Below are positions 27,121-39,512 of a stretch of DNA of 64,000 bases, piece after piece (position 1 is the stretch's first letter; every line of letters starts with the position of its first letter). A program made the position numbers and the translations under genes. Below the pieces are notes generated by a model, which searched no databases, was not told where the DNA came from, and saw only the letters and a list, made by a program, of their open reading frames with translations. The DNA is from Methanobacteriota archaeon (GTDB lineage: Archaea; Methanobacteriota; Methanobacteria; Methanobacteriales; Methanobacteriaceae), in contig CAWBCJ010000010.1 of assembly GCA_963787255.1 (NCBI GenBank), positions 96,001 through 160,000 of the forward strand, in the 5' to 3' direction.

Positions 27121-27600
27121 TTAATCTTTTTGTAATGTCATTATTATTCCAGTAATTAAAAGCCATAAACCAATTAATATTCCTAAATAAAACGGATTAG
27201 CCACATATACAGCTACTATCAAGTAAATTATACCTAATACTAGTGCTGTTACACCAGTCCACCTACTTCCTGCAGCTTTAGTAGCTATGCCTGCAATTCC
27301 CGCTATTACCAGAAATATACCTGCGATAAATACAAATAAAGCAGCTACAAAACTGAATAGGGCAGGATTGAAAATAAAGCCAACACCAAGTATTAAGGCT
27401 AATATTCCTAAAATTAGTTCAATTATACCCATGGCCACACTTTCGCCCATTGAAGCTACACCAGTCAATAATAGACCTATACCCAAAAATAGCACTGCAA
27501 CACCTGTAAGCACGGCAAGTGGTATAACTCCTAAAAGTGGGAAAGCTAAAATTATTAAACCGAGAATTATAAGAACTAATGCACTTCCCATTCTCTGCAT
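27121..27600 (-). CDS. HdeD/DUF308 family membrane protein
   Basis: Six short Gly-rich TM helices; GGAGTGA RBS before ATG 27600. Confidence 0.8.
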   Translation of the reverse strand: MQRMGSALVLIILGLIILAFPLLGVIPLAVLTGVAVLFLGIGLLLTGVASMGESVAMGIIELILGILALILGVGFIFNPALFSFVAALFVFIAGIFLVIAGIAGIATKAAGSRWTGVTALVLGIIYLIVAVYVANPFYLGILIGLWLLITGIIMTLQKD

Positions 27601-27943
27601 ATTAATCACTCCTTTAATAGATTATCCAACAACTCTCTAACTTATATTTATTATTATTTTAATTATTTATAATTTTATATTATGTTATTATAACTATTCG
27701 CAACCATATTGGCTTAATTGAAGTGATATCTATTAAATTAGCATTTTTTTTCAAAAAGAAAATTTTTTAAATATCAAAACAGAAACTAGAATAATAAAAA
27801 TCATTAGATGGAATTAAAAAACATATAAAAAAACTTAGAATTATTTGAGTAACAGTATATAATTACGAAAAAGAATAATTATAAAAAGAATAATTTTAAA
27901 TTTTTATTTAGTTTATAGTCTAAAATTATTGATAGGTATAATA

Positions 27944-28636
27944 ATGGGCATTTACAGTCTTTCATACAAAAATTTACGCAGAAACTGGTGGAGAAATACT
28001 TCAACAGTTTTAAGAATAGCATTTGGAGTAATTGTACTTTTAATACTAATTAGTTCAGGTATAGGAATCACAACAATCCTAGGTCAAAACCAGGGAGCAA
28101 GTGGAAATAATATTTCTAACCAAACGAATAACGGTATGAACATTAATAATATTATAAACACTTTAAATGAATATGTTAATTCGCTATTGGGTGCAAATCT
28201 TTCAAATTCACAGTTAATAACAGGTATAAAAAGTATTTTAAGAAATATTATCTCATTTATAGATTTAATGGCAAGTATCGTGTTTTTAGTGGGTATTTTT
28301 GGAATTACAAATGCCATGAATCTTAGTTTACTTGAAAGAAAAAGAGAAATAGGTTTATTAAAATCGCTGGGATTTACTGAGTTCCAAATAATGATAAGTA
28401 TCTTTTTAGAAGCTGGTTTATTAGGTTTTATAGGTGCAATAATTGGTACAATTCTTGTGGTCGTGGGAATAATTGTTTTATCAAGTGTGATTAAAATCGC
28501 GCTTTTTTCAATTGTAATGCCGCTTTGGCTGCCTTTTTTTGCTATATTCATTACAACTGTACTAAGCGCATTGATAGCTGCCTTTTCTATATGGTACAAT
28601 GTTAAACAGGATCCTTTGGAGGCCTTGAGAATATGA
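27944..28636 (+). CDS. ABC transporter permease (FtsX/MacB-like)
   Basis: SYKNLRRN, ERKREIGLLKSLGF, DPLEALR. Confidence 0.85.
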   Translation: MGIYSLSYKNLRRNWWRNTSTVLRIAFGVIVLLILISSGIGITTILGQNQGASGNNISNQTNNGMNINNIINTLNEYVNSLLGANLSNSQLITGIKSILRNIISFIDLMASIVFLVGIFGITNAMNLSLLERKREIGLLKSLGFTEFQIMISIFLEAGLLGFIGAIIGTILVVVGIIVLSSVIKIALFSIVMPLWLPFFAIFITTVLSALIAAFSIWYNVKQDPLEALRI

Positions 28637-29295
28637 ATTCTGTTATAGAATTTCAGGATGTATGGAAGATCTTTGGCAGTGATAATGCAAAGATAGAATC
28701 CTTAAATGGAATAAATCTTGAAATTAAAGAAAATACTATGAATCTTATTTTAGGTCCATCTGGTTCTGGAAAAAGTACTCTATTAAATCTTATAAATTTA
28801 TTGGATCTGCCTACTAACGGAAAAATCTTATTTAAAGGAGAAAATACCACTAAAATGTCTAAATCTGAAAGAAGTAGAATCAGGCGACATGAAATAGGGA
28901 TTATATATCAACGTGATAACTTGTTTCCGTATTTAAACCTTCTGGAAAATGTTACGGTTCCAATGATCAAGCAGAATAAGGAAAAAGCAGTGAATATGCT
29001 CAACATAGTTGGTTTAAATGAAAATGAATTTCCAGATAAAGTTTCTATTTTAAAACAGCAAAAAGCTGCTTTTGTAAGAGGGATGATTAATAAACCTTCT
29101 CTTCTATTGGCTGATGAACCTACAGGGGAATTAAATTCAGAGAATACAGAAAAAATGATGAAATTGATAAAAGATGTTGTAAGTAACTGCACAGTTTTAA
29201 TTGCTTCAAATAACCCTGATTTAAGCAAATACTGTGATAATATATTTTCTATAAAAGATGGAATAATAAAGAAAAAAAATAATTTAAAAGTTTAA
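28633..29295 (+). CDS. ABC transporter ATP-binding protein (LolD-like; degenerate signature and H-loop)
   Basis: GPSGSGKST, LLLADEPTGELN; ATGA overlap with the permease. Confidence 0.85.
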   Translation: MNSVIEFQDVWKIFGSDNAKIESLNGINLEIKENTMNLILGPSGSGKSTLLNLINLLDLPTNGKILFKGENTTKMSKSERSRIRRHEIGIIYQRDNLFPYLNLLENVTVPMIKQNKEKAVNMLNIVGLNENEFPDKVSILKQQKAAFVRGMINKPSLLLADEPTGELNSENTEKMMKLIKDVVSNCTVLIASNNPDLSKYCDNIFSIKDGIIKKKNNLKV

Positions 29296-29299
29296 TAGG

Positions 29300-29625
29300 A
29301 ATATATGACGTTTTCAATTTACCATAGAAATACATTGTGTAAATAACCATCAGGCTTATTAATGCAATGTAAAGTGGCAGCATGAAGTTGTCATAATTGT
29401 GGAAGTTTTACATATAAACCCAATGCATCTCCACCAACAAGTTCGAAAAGTACCATTACATAATAGTAGAACTTCAATTTCTACAGGAAGTGCACGTATT
29501 CTACCTCTTGTAAAAAATGCTGGAGCATTAATTATCGTTAAAGCTATTAAAATTAGCAGTCCAAAAATTCTTTCAGCACTAATTAATAACCTGGTTTGTT
29601 TGAAAAAAAATTCAGCGATGTATTA
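29300..29625 (-). pseudogene. Degraded fragment of a membrane-protein gene
   Basis: Minus strand gives consecutive hydrophobic pieces in shifting frames (SAERIFGLLILIAL..APAFFTRGRIRALPVEIE / MVLFELVGGDALGLYVKLP / YDNFMLPLYIALISLMVIYTMYFYGKLK) with no start codon. Confidence 0.5.
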
Positions 29626-29658
29626 ATCCTGGCTGATAAAAATATTTTATTAGGTATT

Positions 29659-31554
29659 TTAGAACTTTTCCAGTATTTGGCCATATATATCTTTTATTTT
29701 ACCATCTGACTTTTCATAGATCATCCTGAGAATCAGTTCGGGCGTACTTTTTGCCAGGTAGTTCATTTTAGGAGTTCTATCAACTAGGAGGTTGTAATTT
29801 TCATCCAGACCTTTTGCTTCGATTCCATCTACCCTAACTTCAGTGTATTTCATTATTTCCCGCGCCATGTGGGTTACAATAACTGCATATGAATCAGAAT
29901 CATTTAATAAATCTATGAAACTTGCAATTATTTTCACAGCCGCTTCAAGCTCTGTAATTGCTTCTAATTCGTCTAGAAGAACTAATTTAGTGGTATCTGT
30001 AATTACAACAGGCATGAAAGTGTTTAAAAAGGATTCAAATGCACCGGCATCAAGTGATCTTTTCTTGGAAAAGAAGTATAGTTCATCTATCAATTTTACA
30101 GATGCTTCATTTGCACAAACTGGAAGTCCCATATGGGTCATTATTGAAATCTGAGCCATGGTTTCAAGAAGAGTTGTTTTCCCTCCACTGTTAGCTCCGG
30201 TAAGTAGAGCGACATTTTCCGGTATTTGAAGTGAATAATCAACTTTTTGAATATTAATTTCACTTTCTAATGCTAAATTAAGATGTATAGCTCCTTTAAA
30301 ATTAAATTCATCTGCTATTTGGGGGGGATTAAGATTATACTGGTATGCAAAGCATCCTAAGGCAAACTCGTAATCAAATTCAAGTATTTCCTGAATTTCA
30401 GATTCTGTTTTTTCTTTAAAATCAAAAAGATGTGAAGCTGCTTTTACTTTTTTGTCAAATGCATTAATATGTTGTTTTGCAGTTTCCTGCTTCTTAATTC
30501 TGTCCAGTTCCTGATAATCAATTTCTACAGGATATTTTTGGATAAATGGGTCAAAAAGGATACCGGTTTTCTCTTTAATTTCGTCTCTAGCTTCTTTTAT
30601 TACTTCATCGAATATTTTCTGGATTTTACCGGGCATTCCTTCATTCATCAGCGCTAATACTTCGTCCCCTTTAAAATCAACCTTTTTTATGCTCTCTTGA
30701 AGTTTTTTATCTGCTTTTATCTTTGCAGATTCAACTGCTTCGTCAAATATGCGTTCATCAATCTTGAAGGATTCTAAGGAGTCAATTATTTCAATGGCTT
30801 CTCCAATTACTGATTCGCGCCCCAATATTTTTTTAATTTTTAAAATATTAGATAAAAGGTCGTAATTGGCGTAGAAATATGAAAGAACGGTTTCTGGGAC
30901 AATTTCATATTCCATAGAATCGCTGGTGACCATTGCAACATTAAATGTGTTATCAAGCTCTATTTCTCCAGTTGAATAGATATAAACGACAAATTCATAA
31001 TCTTCAAGACTTTCAAGTTCTTCTGCAGTCATGATGGTGCAATACCTGTTTAAATCCATCTCAAGTAACCTATGATAATCATTTCTAGATTCAACAAGTA
31101 AAGCTCTTGCAGGATCATATTTAGGCTTGTCATTAGATGAAGGATTTATTTTTTTAAGCAGGACGCTGATTTTATCAATTGGTAACTCTGATACGATTTG
31201 TTTTGCATTCATTACAAATTCAAGATTTTTGTTTATTATATTAATGTCCTTAGTGGGACTTATTAATAAAACACGGTTTTTTCCGTATTTTGTATGTGAA
31301 TATTTAAGAATTCTAGCTATAATGTCTTCGTAAATTTGAATTGAACGTGTAGTTTTTAAAAATTCTTCTTTAGGATTACCTAAAACTGCATTTATTATTT
31401 CTATGGCTTTAGATTGACTCACACCATCTATCTTCGAAATTTTGTCGATTTCAAAATTTTTAATTGCGGTGATTAACTCTTCTTCACTTCCAAAGCTGTC
31501 AGTAATCTTTTTGGCCAGTTTCTCGCCAATGCCTTTAATTTTTGTTAAATCCAC
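29659..31554 (-). CDS. Archaeal MutS-related ATPase with N-terminal helix-hairpin-helix
   Basis: IKGIGEKLA and IDGVSQSKA HhH, LTGANSGGKTT, AGAFES, LLDELEAITE, VTH. Confidence 0.88.
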   Translation of the reverse strand: MDLTKIKGIGEKLAKKITDSFGSEEELITAIKNFEIDKISKIDGVSQSKAIEIINAVLGNPKEEFLKTTRSIQIYEDIIARILKYSHTKYGKNRVLLISPTKDINIINKNLEFVMNAKQIVSELPIDKISVLLKKINPSSNDKPKYDPARALLVESRNDYHRLLEMDLNRYCTIMTAEELESLEDYEFVVYIYSTGEIELDNTFNVAMVTSDSMEYEIVPETVLSYFYANYDLLSNILKIKKILGRESVIGEAIEIIDSLESFKIDERIFDEAVESAKIKADKKLQESIKKVDFKGDEVLALMNEGMPGKIQKIFDEVIKEARDEIKEKTGILFDPFIQKYPVEIDYQELDRIKKQETAKQHINAFDKKVKAASHLFDFKEKTESEIQEILEFDYEFALGCFAYQYNLNPPQIADEFNFKGAIHLNLALESEINIQKVDYSLQIPENVALLTGANSGGKTTLLETMAQISIMTHMGLPVCANEASVKLIDELYFFSKKRSLDAGAFESFLNTFMPVVITDTTKLVLLDELEAITELEAAVKIIASFIDLLNDSDSYAVIVTHMAREIMKYTEVRVDGIEAKGLDENYNLLVDRTPKMNYLAKSTPELILRMIYEKSDGKIKDIYGQILEKF

Positions 31555-31859
31555 TTTTTATCACCATTAAGGCAGTATTGTTTGATTATAGTTAATTTAT
31601 AAACAGAGTTCATAGTATTTTTTTAAATTATAAAACGTTATAGTGGTTAATGAAAAAAAATTCAGTCATTTTTAATTTCATAAACAGATTTTCATTTAGT
31701 AAGATATTTAATCATAATTATTTTCAATATATAATATCATTCTGTTTAAATATAGTTTCGTAAGATGTTTAGTAAGTAACATTTACGTTAAAATTAATAA
31801 ATAATATTTTAAGATCCAGTTTAAAAATCTTTAAAATAGAAAAATAAGGGATAATATCT

Positions 31860-32669
31860 ATGGACGCTAATTTTTTCTACCTAACAATTCTATTAATTAC
31901 TGGTGCAGGGATAGGGTTTGCTTCAGGGCTTTTGGGAGTTGGAGGCGGCTTTATTATGGTACCTGTTCTATACTGGCTCATGACTTCAATGGGGATTGAT
32001 CCAACAATTGCTATACGGGTTTCGTTAGGCACAAGTCTTGCAGTTATACTTCCAACAGCCATAAGCGGTGCACTTGGCCATTATCGTAAAAACGCTGTTT
32101 TAATTAGGCCAACAGTATATATTGCATCCACTGGAATAATTGGAAGTGTCTTTGGAGGAATTATAGCTACTAATATTCCTGGAGATGTCCTTAAGGTTAT
32201 TTTTGGTTTTGCAGTTATATTAGTAGCTTTAATAATGCTTCTAGTCAAATATCCAGAAATTCATGAAAAACCATTGGATAATATAGCTTATTTTCTTATT
32301 GGTGGTTTAATCGTTGGATTGATGTCAGGACTTTTAGGAGTGGGTGGCGGTTTTATAATAGTTCCTTTTATGATTATTTTAATGAGATACGATATTCATA
32401 AAGCCATTGGGACTTCAACAGCAGTTATTATTTTTACATCAATTGGAGGAATAATATCTTACATTATTGCTGGGTGGAACATTCAAGGCTTGCCCACATA
32501 TTCTATAGGCTATATTAATATTCTTCAATGGATTGTTTTGGCAGGTTTAAGTATTCCAATGGCCCAATTAGGAGTTAAAACAGCTCACAAACTTCCGGGG
32601 CAGAAATTAAAATACATATTTGTGGCATTGATGATTTATATAGGTTTGAAGATGATTGGAATTCTGTAA
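31860..32669 (+). CDS. Sulfite exporter TauE/SafE (TSUP) family protein
   Basis: Duplicated GLLGVGGGF motif, AIGTS. Confidence 0.9.
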   Translation: MDANFFYLTILLITGAGIGFASGLLGVGGGFIMVPVLYWLMTSMGIDPTIAIRVSLGTSLAVILPTAISGALGHYRKNAVLIRPTVYIASTGIIGSVFGGIIATNIPGDVLKVIFGFAVILVALIMLLVKYPEIHEKPLDNIAYFLIGGLIVGLMSGLLGVGGGFIIVPFMIILMRYDIHKAIGTSTAVIIFTSIGGIISYIIAGWNIQGLPTYSIGYINILQWIVLAGLSIPMAQLGVKTAHKLPGQKLKYIFVALMIYIGLKMIGIL

Positions 32670-33134
32670 AATAAATTAAATAATGATTTTTTTTCCATCT
32701 TATCAAAATTAAAATATTTAAATTAATTTTTAATATGACAAAGAAATTTTCATTTATTTTCCTCCTTGTGTGATAATAATTAGTAATTAATTAATAAAAA
32801 AAATTAAAATCTTTAAAAATTCAAATAACCTGTTTTAACTCAAATAGATCATCTTGTTGCGTTTTTAAAGTATTATGATATTAATTATGATATGATAAAA
32901 GCAATGAATATTCCTTTTTTGCCTAAATAATATTCAAGTTAAATTGATATGCTAATAATAGTTATGGAGAAGGCTTATCCAAAATATCATTTTTTTATAA
33001 CCTCTTTGGAGGTCTTAAATTACAAAAAGATTAAATTAAGCGCCTTTTTTTTGATTTTAAAACAAAAGTTTTATATGTTTTAGATGTTAATCACTGCTTA
33101 CATAAATAAAAACTCTAATTGAGTTTTTTAAGTA

Positions 33135-34529
<1,395 letters not shown>

Positions 34530-34781
34530 AGAATTGAAGTAAAAGGAATTCTAGGTAACTTAAAAATTATCATTTAACCTAGAAAATCTTTTTCATTTAT
34601 TTTTTTTAATTTAAATTAATTTTTAGAAAGTAGTAAATGTTTCAATTTGATAAATTTACAATCAAATTCTTTTTAAAATATCATATAATAATTATTTTTT
34701 TTTGGATGATGATATTGAGTTATATGAAATTTTTGAAAGATATATAAAGATATATAAAGTAATAATTTTATATATAGAAGT

Positions 34782-35036
34782 ATGAATAAAGAAGAATCTG
34801 AGTTATGGATTGAAATAATGGAATTTTTATTGAAAGTACAAAGGCATCCAAAATTCCAGCCAGAAACAGTTAAAGATGTTCAAAAGTCTTTAGAGTGTAT
34901 TCCCGCAATGAAAAATGTCATTCGCTCAATTGAAGATAATGATAAGTATATTGAAATGATTATAATGGCTGACGAAAATGAAGAATTTCTTTACTCTACA
35001 TTAAACGAACTTCAAAAGGGAAATAAAATAATATAA
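34782..35036 (+). CDS. Hypothetical protein
   Basis: 84-aa ORF preceded by TATA-like sequence. Confidence 0.6.
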   Translation: MNKEESELWIEIMEFLLKVQRHPKFQPETVKDVQKSLECIPAMKNVIRSIEDNDKYIEMIIMADENEEFLYSTLNELQKGNKII

Positions 35037-35162
35037 CTAAAATACAAAAAAAAGGAATATTACTAAAACTTTTTAGGAACAATTTATTAAAAAAGCTTTT
35101 TTCAATTGTAAATAAGATCCAAAAAAATGTATTTAGTCTTAATTTCTATTCCTAAAACTCTT

Positions 35163-35276
35163 TTAATGCGATCTTATTCCTTTGGAGCATTTTTTAATTT
35201 TAGTTATGCGTCTGTGCGGTGAAGATGTTTTACGGCAGATAGTCTTTTTTATTTTACTTCTTCTTTTAAAAACCAT
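35163..35276 (-). CDS. Unannotated 37-aa highly basic peptide
   Basis: MVFKRRSKIKKTICRKTSSPHRRITKIKKCSKGIRSH; AAGTGA RBS-like motif 4 nt before ATG; below the ORF-track cutoff. Confidence 0.55.
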   Translation of the reverse strand: MVFKRRSKIKKTICRKTSSPHRRITKIKKCSKGIRSH

Positions 35277-35332
35277 AAAATCACTTTTAATTCTAAATTC
35301 TTATATTATTTATTCAAATTCCCACTAAAAAG

Positions 35333-35740
35333 TTAGAAATTTCTGCTTATTGATACAGATCCAAATGGATTGCTGTTTGTTTGGCTTGCTATAACGCTTG
35401 TACCGTTTAATATTTCAACCCGCAGCTGTAAATTATCATTTCCTAATTTTTGGAAATTTGCAGTTATTGAAGTTTGATTCTTGCCTAAATTATACCGTCC
35501 ATTTCCAGTTCCCTGCACAGTTCTATTTCCCGAATTATCCGAGATTGTACCATTCCATGTTCCTTGATAACTTACGACTACAACAATATCTGAATTAAAT
35601 GAACTATTATTTTGCGTTGAGGGATTATTTTGTGCCGAACTGTTATTCCCTGCTGAATTACTGTTATTTGCACATCCTGAGGCAAAAATAACCAATATTA
35701 AAAGTAACATCAATGCTAAATATTTATTGAATGCCTGCAA
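35333..35740 (-). CDS. Putative lipoprotein / exported beta-rich protein
   Basis: Lipobox-like FASGC, Asn/Ser linker; GGAGAGTGA RBS before TTG. Confidence 0.75.
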   Translation of the reverse strand: MQAFNKYLALMLLLILVIFASGCANNSNSAGNNSSAQNNPSTQNNSSFNSDIVVVVSYQGTWNGTISDNSGNRTVQGTGNGRYNLGKNQTSITANFQKLGNDNLQLRVEILNGTSVIASQTNSNPFGSVSISRNF

Positions 35741-35828
35741 TTAATCACTCTCCTTGAATATATTTGTAAATTAATTTATTAATATTTTTTTATTTTTTAT
35801 TAAAAGAGAGTGTTTTATAAAAGCACTA

Positions 35829-38441
35829 TTATTTTCCAGCCGTTCCTCTGAGGAAATTTCCCGTAGTAATCCCCCCAATAGATATCTTCTTAACCTTTTC
35901 TTTCATCTTTTTAAGGTTATTTCTATCATTCCCCTCACTTAAATCCATTTCAATTACATCTTTATAAACAGAACAAATTATTTCTGCATACTTTCCAGTA
36001 CGCCCCTCTAAATCTATTAAAACAGTATCAATACCCATTTTTATAATTTGAGGCATGTAATCAATAAGAGATAACTCTACGGAGTTTAAAACGTGGGTCC
36101 TGCATTCATTATCCAATCTTAACGGAAAAATACGGCCTTTAACGTCTTTAATACCTAAAAATATCTTATCAGACATTTCTCTTTTAAGGAATTCGTCCTC
36201 AATCAGGCAGGGTAGACAATCCTTTGAAATTAATGATTCCAGATTTCCCTGAACAATTATTTCTAGTGCAACATTAATTTCCCTTTGATATAATTTAGAT
36301 ATAAGATTTCGAATTTCATCCTCTGAAAGCTCTGGAGATATAGTAAAACTTTTAAAATAACCTTGAAGCGCATTCATTGATTCAGCATTCCAAATATTAA
36401 GACCTGAAGATGCAAATAAGTTGACTTTTGGATTTAAATCAAAAATAAACTTTGCAGCACCAATCCCATCAACCATGATTCCATTAACACCTGCTTCAAA
36501 AGCATGCTTTAAAATAGGTTTTAAATTATCTAAAAAATAACTTGAAGTGATCTTAGGCAATTTTAAGACAAATTCAACCCCATTTTCGTTACAGACGGAT
36601 AATGCTTCATTAATTAATCTTAAAAATTCATCAACTCTAAATTCAGTTTTGGAATTACATTTAACCGGGTTATAAAAGTTAAAAGGATTAAAATAAATTT
36701 TATTGCATCCACCTTCAGCAGTTGATTTTAAAACTTCTAAATCATCCACATATGCACATAAATCCGGATTTTTATTTAATTCAAGGTTATTAAAATAAGA
36801 TTCTTTATATAATGCATTCAATTGTCCATAAGATGTTTCTATTTTATCTTCAGATGGTCTATAGGATGAAATGATTTTTTCTTCTATTTTTTCAAACATT
36901 TCTCTTCGAATCCTATTTAATTCTCCGATAGGTGCAAAAAGATCACCAGGATAGTTTATATTCATATTTTTAACTTTAAAAGGAGTATTACCCGTCTTTT
37001 TAAATTGTTTAGCAATGGTTTTTTCATCAAGCGGTCTCTTAATTGCCCGCTCCATTTTAAAATCAGCAACCATTTCTAATTTTAAGGAACCATATGCACC
37101 AATAAAACTGCTTTTAAGAAATATAATGCCGTCACTTTTAATTAATATGTCCAAATCAACAGGAATTTGATTTTTTAACTTACTTTCGGATCCGCTAATA
37201 ATTTTTTGAGCTGTATCAACCAGTACTTTACGCTTAGTTAGGTAAAGAGATGTTCCGGTGTTTAAATGCCTTTGAACTTTAAATTTAACCTTATCTTTTT
37301 TGATTTTTGGTGATTCATTTATTAATGTCCCATAATCTTTCTGATCCTTATTTTTTGATATGAAAACAATCCCATCGCCTTTTTGGGGGAAAATATCTCC
37401 TTCAATTTTCACTAACGCTTCTTTTGTATTCTTATCATATCTTCTGAGGGAACCAAGATAAATTCCTCGGTTTCCAGGACGATTTCGCCCCATGACGTTA
37501 CTACAATTATCTTCTAAAATGTATCCACTTGTAAAATCCCGATTAAAAGCTAATTTAAGGTTATTTATGTCATCTTTTTTTGGTTTCCACGTTCCTCTTG
37601 AAATAGAATCTAGAGCTTTTCTGTATATGCTCACCACAATCGCCACATACTCTGGAGACCTCATACGACCTTCAATTTTAAGAGAAGCTATATTTAATCC
37701 TATAATTTTATCCAGGTGTTCATAAAGAGCTAGATCTCGTGTTGATAACAAATATTTGTCTTTAAGGGGAACAGCGGATAATTTAAAAGGCCTTCCGTAT
37801 TCATCTTTATCTCCTAAAACAAGGTCATATTGTCGTCTGCACGGTTGAGCACACATTCCTCTATTTCCACTTCTACCTCCAATAACTGAAGATATAATGC
37901 ATTGTCCGGAATAGGAGTAGCAAAGTGCCCCATGGGCAAATATTTCCAGCTCAATTTCTTTAGATTTAATATTTGTACTGATTCTTTCAATTTCTGATAA
38001 TTCCATCTCCCTTGAAAGCACAACACGTTTGAATCCCATTTTTGATACCCATTTAACTCCTTCCAAGTTGTGAATTGTCATCTGGGTGGAGGCGTGAATT
38101 TTCAAATCAGGGACTAGTTTTCTTGCCAGTGAAGCAACACCAATGTCTTGAACTAGAATAGCATCTACTCCTATTTCATAGAGAAATATTAGGTATTTTG
38201 CAATTTCTTTAAGTTCCTTGTCTTTGATGAGGGTATTCACGGTAACATAGACATTTATTCCTCTTAAATGAGCAAAGTTGACCGCTTCCTTTAGCTCTTT
38301 ATCATCGAAGTTAGTGGCATAATGTCTTGCTCCAAATTGTTTTCCCGCGAGGTAAACGGCATCTGCACCAGAATTAACAGCGGCTTTAAGAGCATCCATA
38401 CTCCCTGCAGGTGCTAATAGTTCAGGTATTTGTTTTTCCAT
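35829..38441 (-). CDS. Peptidase U32 family Fe-S protein with DUF3656-like region (RlhA-type RNA hydroxylase candidate)
   Basis: ELLAPAG, GADAVY, HASTQM, HGALCYSYSGQC, NRGMCAQPCR, LKIEGRMR. Confidence 0.88.
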   Translation of the reverse strand: MEKQIPELLAPAGSMDALKAAVNSGADAVYLAGKQFGARHYATNFDDKELKEAVNFAHLRGINVYVTVNTLIKDKELKEIAKYLIFLYEIGVDAILVQDIGVASLARKLVPDLKIHASTQMTIHNLEGVKWVSKMGFKRVVLSREMELSEIERISTNIKSKEIELEIFAHGALCYSYSGQCIISSVIGGRSGNRGMCAQPCRRQYDLVLGDKDEYGRPFKLSAVPLKDKYLLSTRDLALYEHLDKIIGLNIASLKIEGRMRSPEYVAIVVSIYRKALDSISRGTWKPKKDDINNLKLAFNRDFTSGYILEDNCSNVMGRNRPGNRGIYLGSLRRYDKNTKEALVKIEGDIFPQKGDGIVFISKNKDQKDYGTLINESPKIKKDKVKFKVQRHLNTGTSLYLTKRKVLVDTAQKIISGSESKLKNQIPVDLDILIKSDGIIFLKSSFIGAYGSLKLEMVADFKMERAIKRPLDEKTIAKQFKKTGNTPFKVKNMNINYPGDLFAPIGELNRIRREMFEKIEEKIISSYRPSEDKIETSYGQLNALYKESYFNNLELNKNPDLCAYVDDLEVLKSTAEGGCNKIYFNPFNFYNPVKCNSKTEFRVDEFLRLINEALSVCNENGVEFVLKLPKITSSYFLDNLKPILKHAFEAGVNGIMVDGIGAAKFIFDLNPKVNLFASSGLNIWNAESMNALQGYFKSFTISPELSEDEIRNLISKLYQREINVALEIIVQGNLESLISKDCLPCLIEDEFLKREMSDKIFLGIKDVKGRIFPLRLDNECRTHVLNSVELSLIDYMPQIIKMGIDTVLIDLEGRTGKYAEIICSVYKDVIEMDLSEGNDRNNLKKMKEKVKKISIGGITTGNFLRGTAGK

Positions 38442-38671
38442 TATTTTTCTCCAATCCTGCGTGAAATAATTAAATTCACTTGATAAAATGATTTAAGAAT
38501 AAATCTATGAGATATTAATTTAATTTTGTTTTTAAGATAATTATATTTTTAATGGAGTAAATAGAAGATTATAATTAACGGATATTTTCACTATTAATTA
38601 AAAATTCCAGTTGTGATAAGTAAATAATTAATTATATAATTCCATTTTTAGATGATCATAAGGGGATAAAT

Positions 38672-39286
38672 ATGTACATTTGTTTAGAAGGTATTGACGG
38701 CTCAGGAAAATCAACGCAGATATTGATACTTCAAAAATGGCTTGAAGAATATGGATGTGAGGTTAAAAGGGTTTTTGAACCTACTAACTCGCCTGTTGGG
38801 AAATTGATTAGAAAAATGCTAAAAGATCCGAAGGCTACTAGTGAAAATTTCCAGAAGACGCTTGCTTTGTTGTTTGCAGCTGACCGCATGATATTAATGA
38901 ATGAAATAGAATCTGCAGAAGAAGAAGGGAAGGTTGTAATAAGTGACAGATGTTTTTATTCAAGTATTGTGTACCAAAATGAAACTGAATGGCTTTATGA
39001 AATAAATAGATATGTTAAACGACCGGATATGGTTATATTACTTGATATTGATCCAGAACTTTCCCTTAAACGATGTGATGGTAAAGATAGTTTTGAAAAT
39101 ATAGATTTCCTTAAAAAAACTAGAAAAAAATATAATGAACTTGGAAATCCAGATAAAAATCGAGAAGAATATCTTAAAGTTGCAGATGAAAGCGATTTCT
39201 TTGTTATAAATGCAAATAACGGGGTTAATAAGGTTCATGAGGATATAAAGAGGGTCATATCTCCCAAAATCGGTAGATGCATTTAA
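38672..39286 (+). CDS. tmk: Thymidylate (dTMP) kinase
   Basis: EGIDGSGKST, LFAADR, SDRCFYSSIVYQ. Confidence 0.95.
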   Translation: MYICLEGIDGSGKSTQILILQKWLEEYGCEVKRVFEPTNSPVGKLIRKMLKDPKATSENFQKTLALLFAADRMILMNEIESAEEEGKVVISDRCFYSSIVYQNETEWLYEINRYVKRPDMVILLDIDPELSLKRCDGKDSFENIDFLKKTRKKYNELGNPDKNREEYLKVADESDFFVINANNGVNKVHEDIKRVISPKIGRCI

Positions 39287-39512
39287 ATGTATTTAATATA
39301 ACTTGCTAAAAGCTTTATAATTTGTTTTTTTCATTAAATTAAGATAATTTGATGTTATTTTTAAAATGGAGGAGCAATGTCTTATTAATGCGATTTAATT
39401 TTAGCTAAATAGTTACACAAAAATTAAGTATAATTTAAGTCATAATATTCTTTATACAAAACCTAGATTGATAAAATTCTGAGTTTATCCATGATTTTAC
39501 GGAGAGCAGAGT

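Noticed and set aside
29399-29626. Plus-strand 75-aa ORF
   Set aside because: It is the antisense shadow of a degraded membrane-protein gene on the minus strand.
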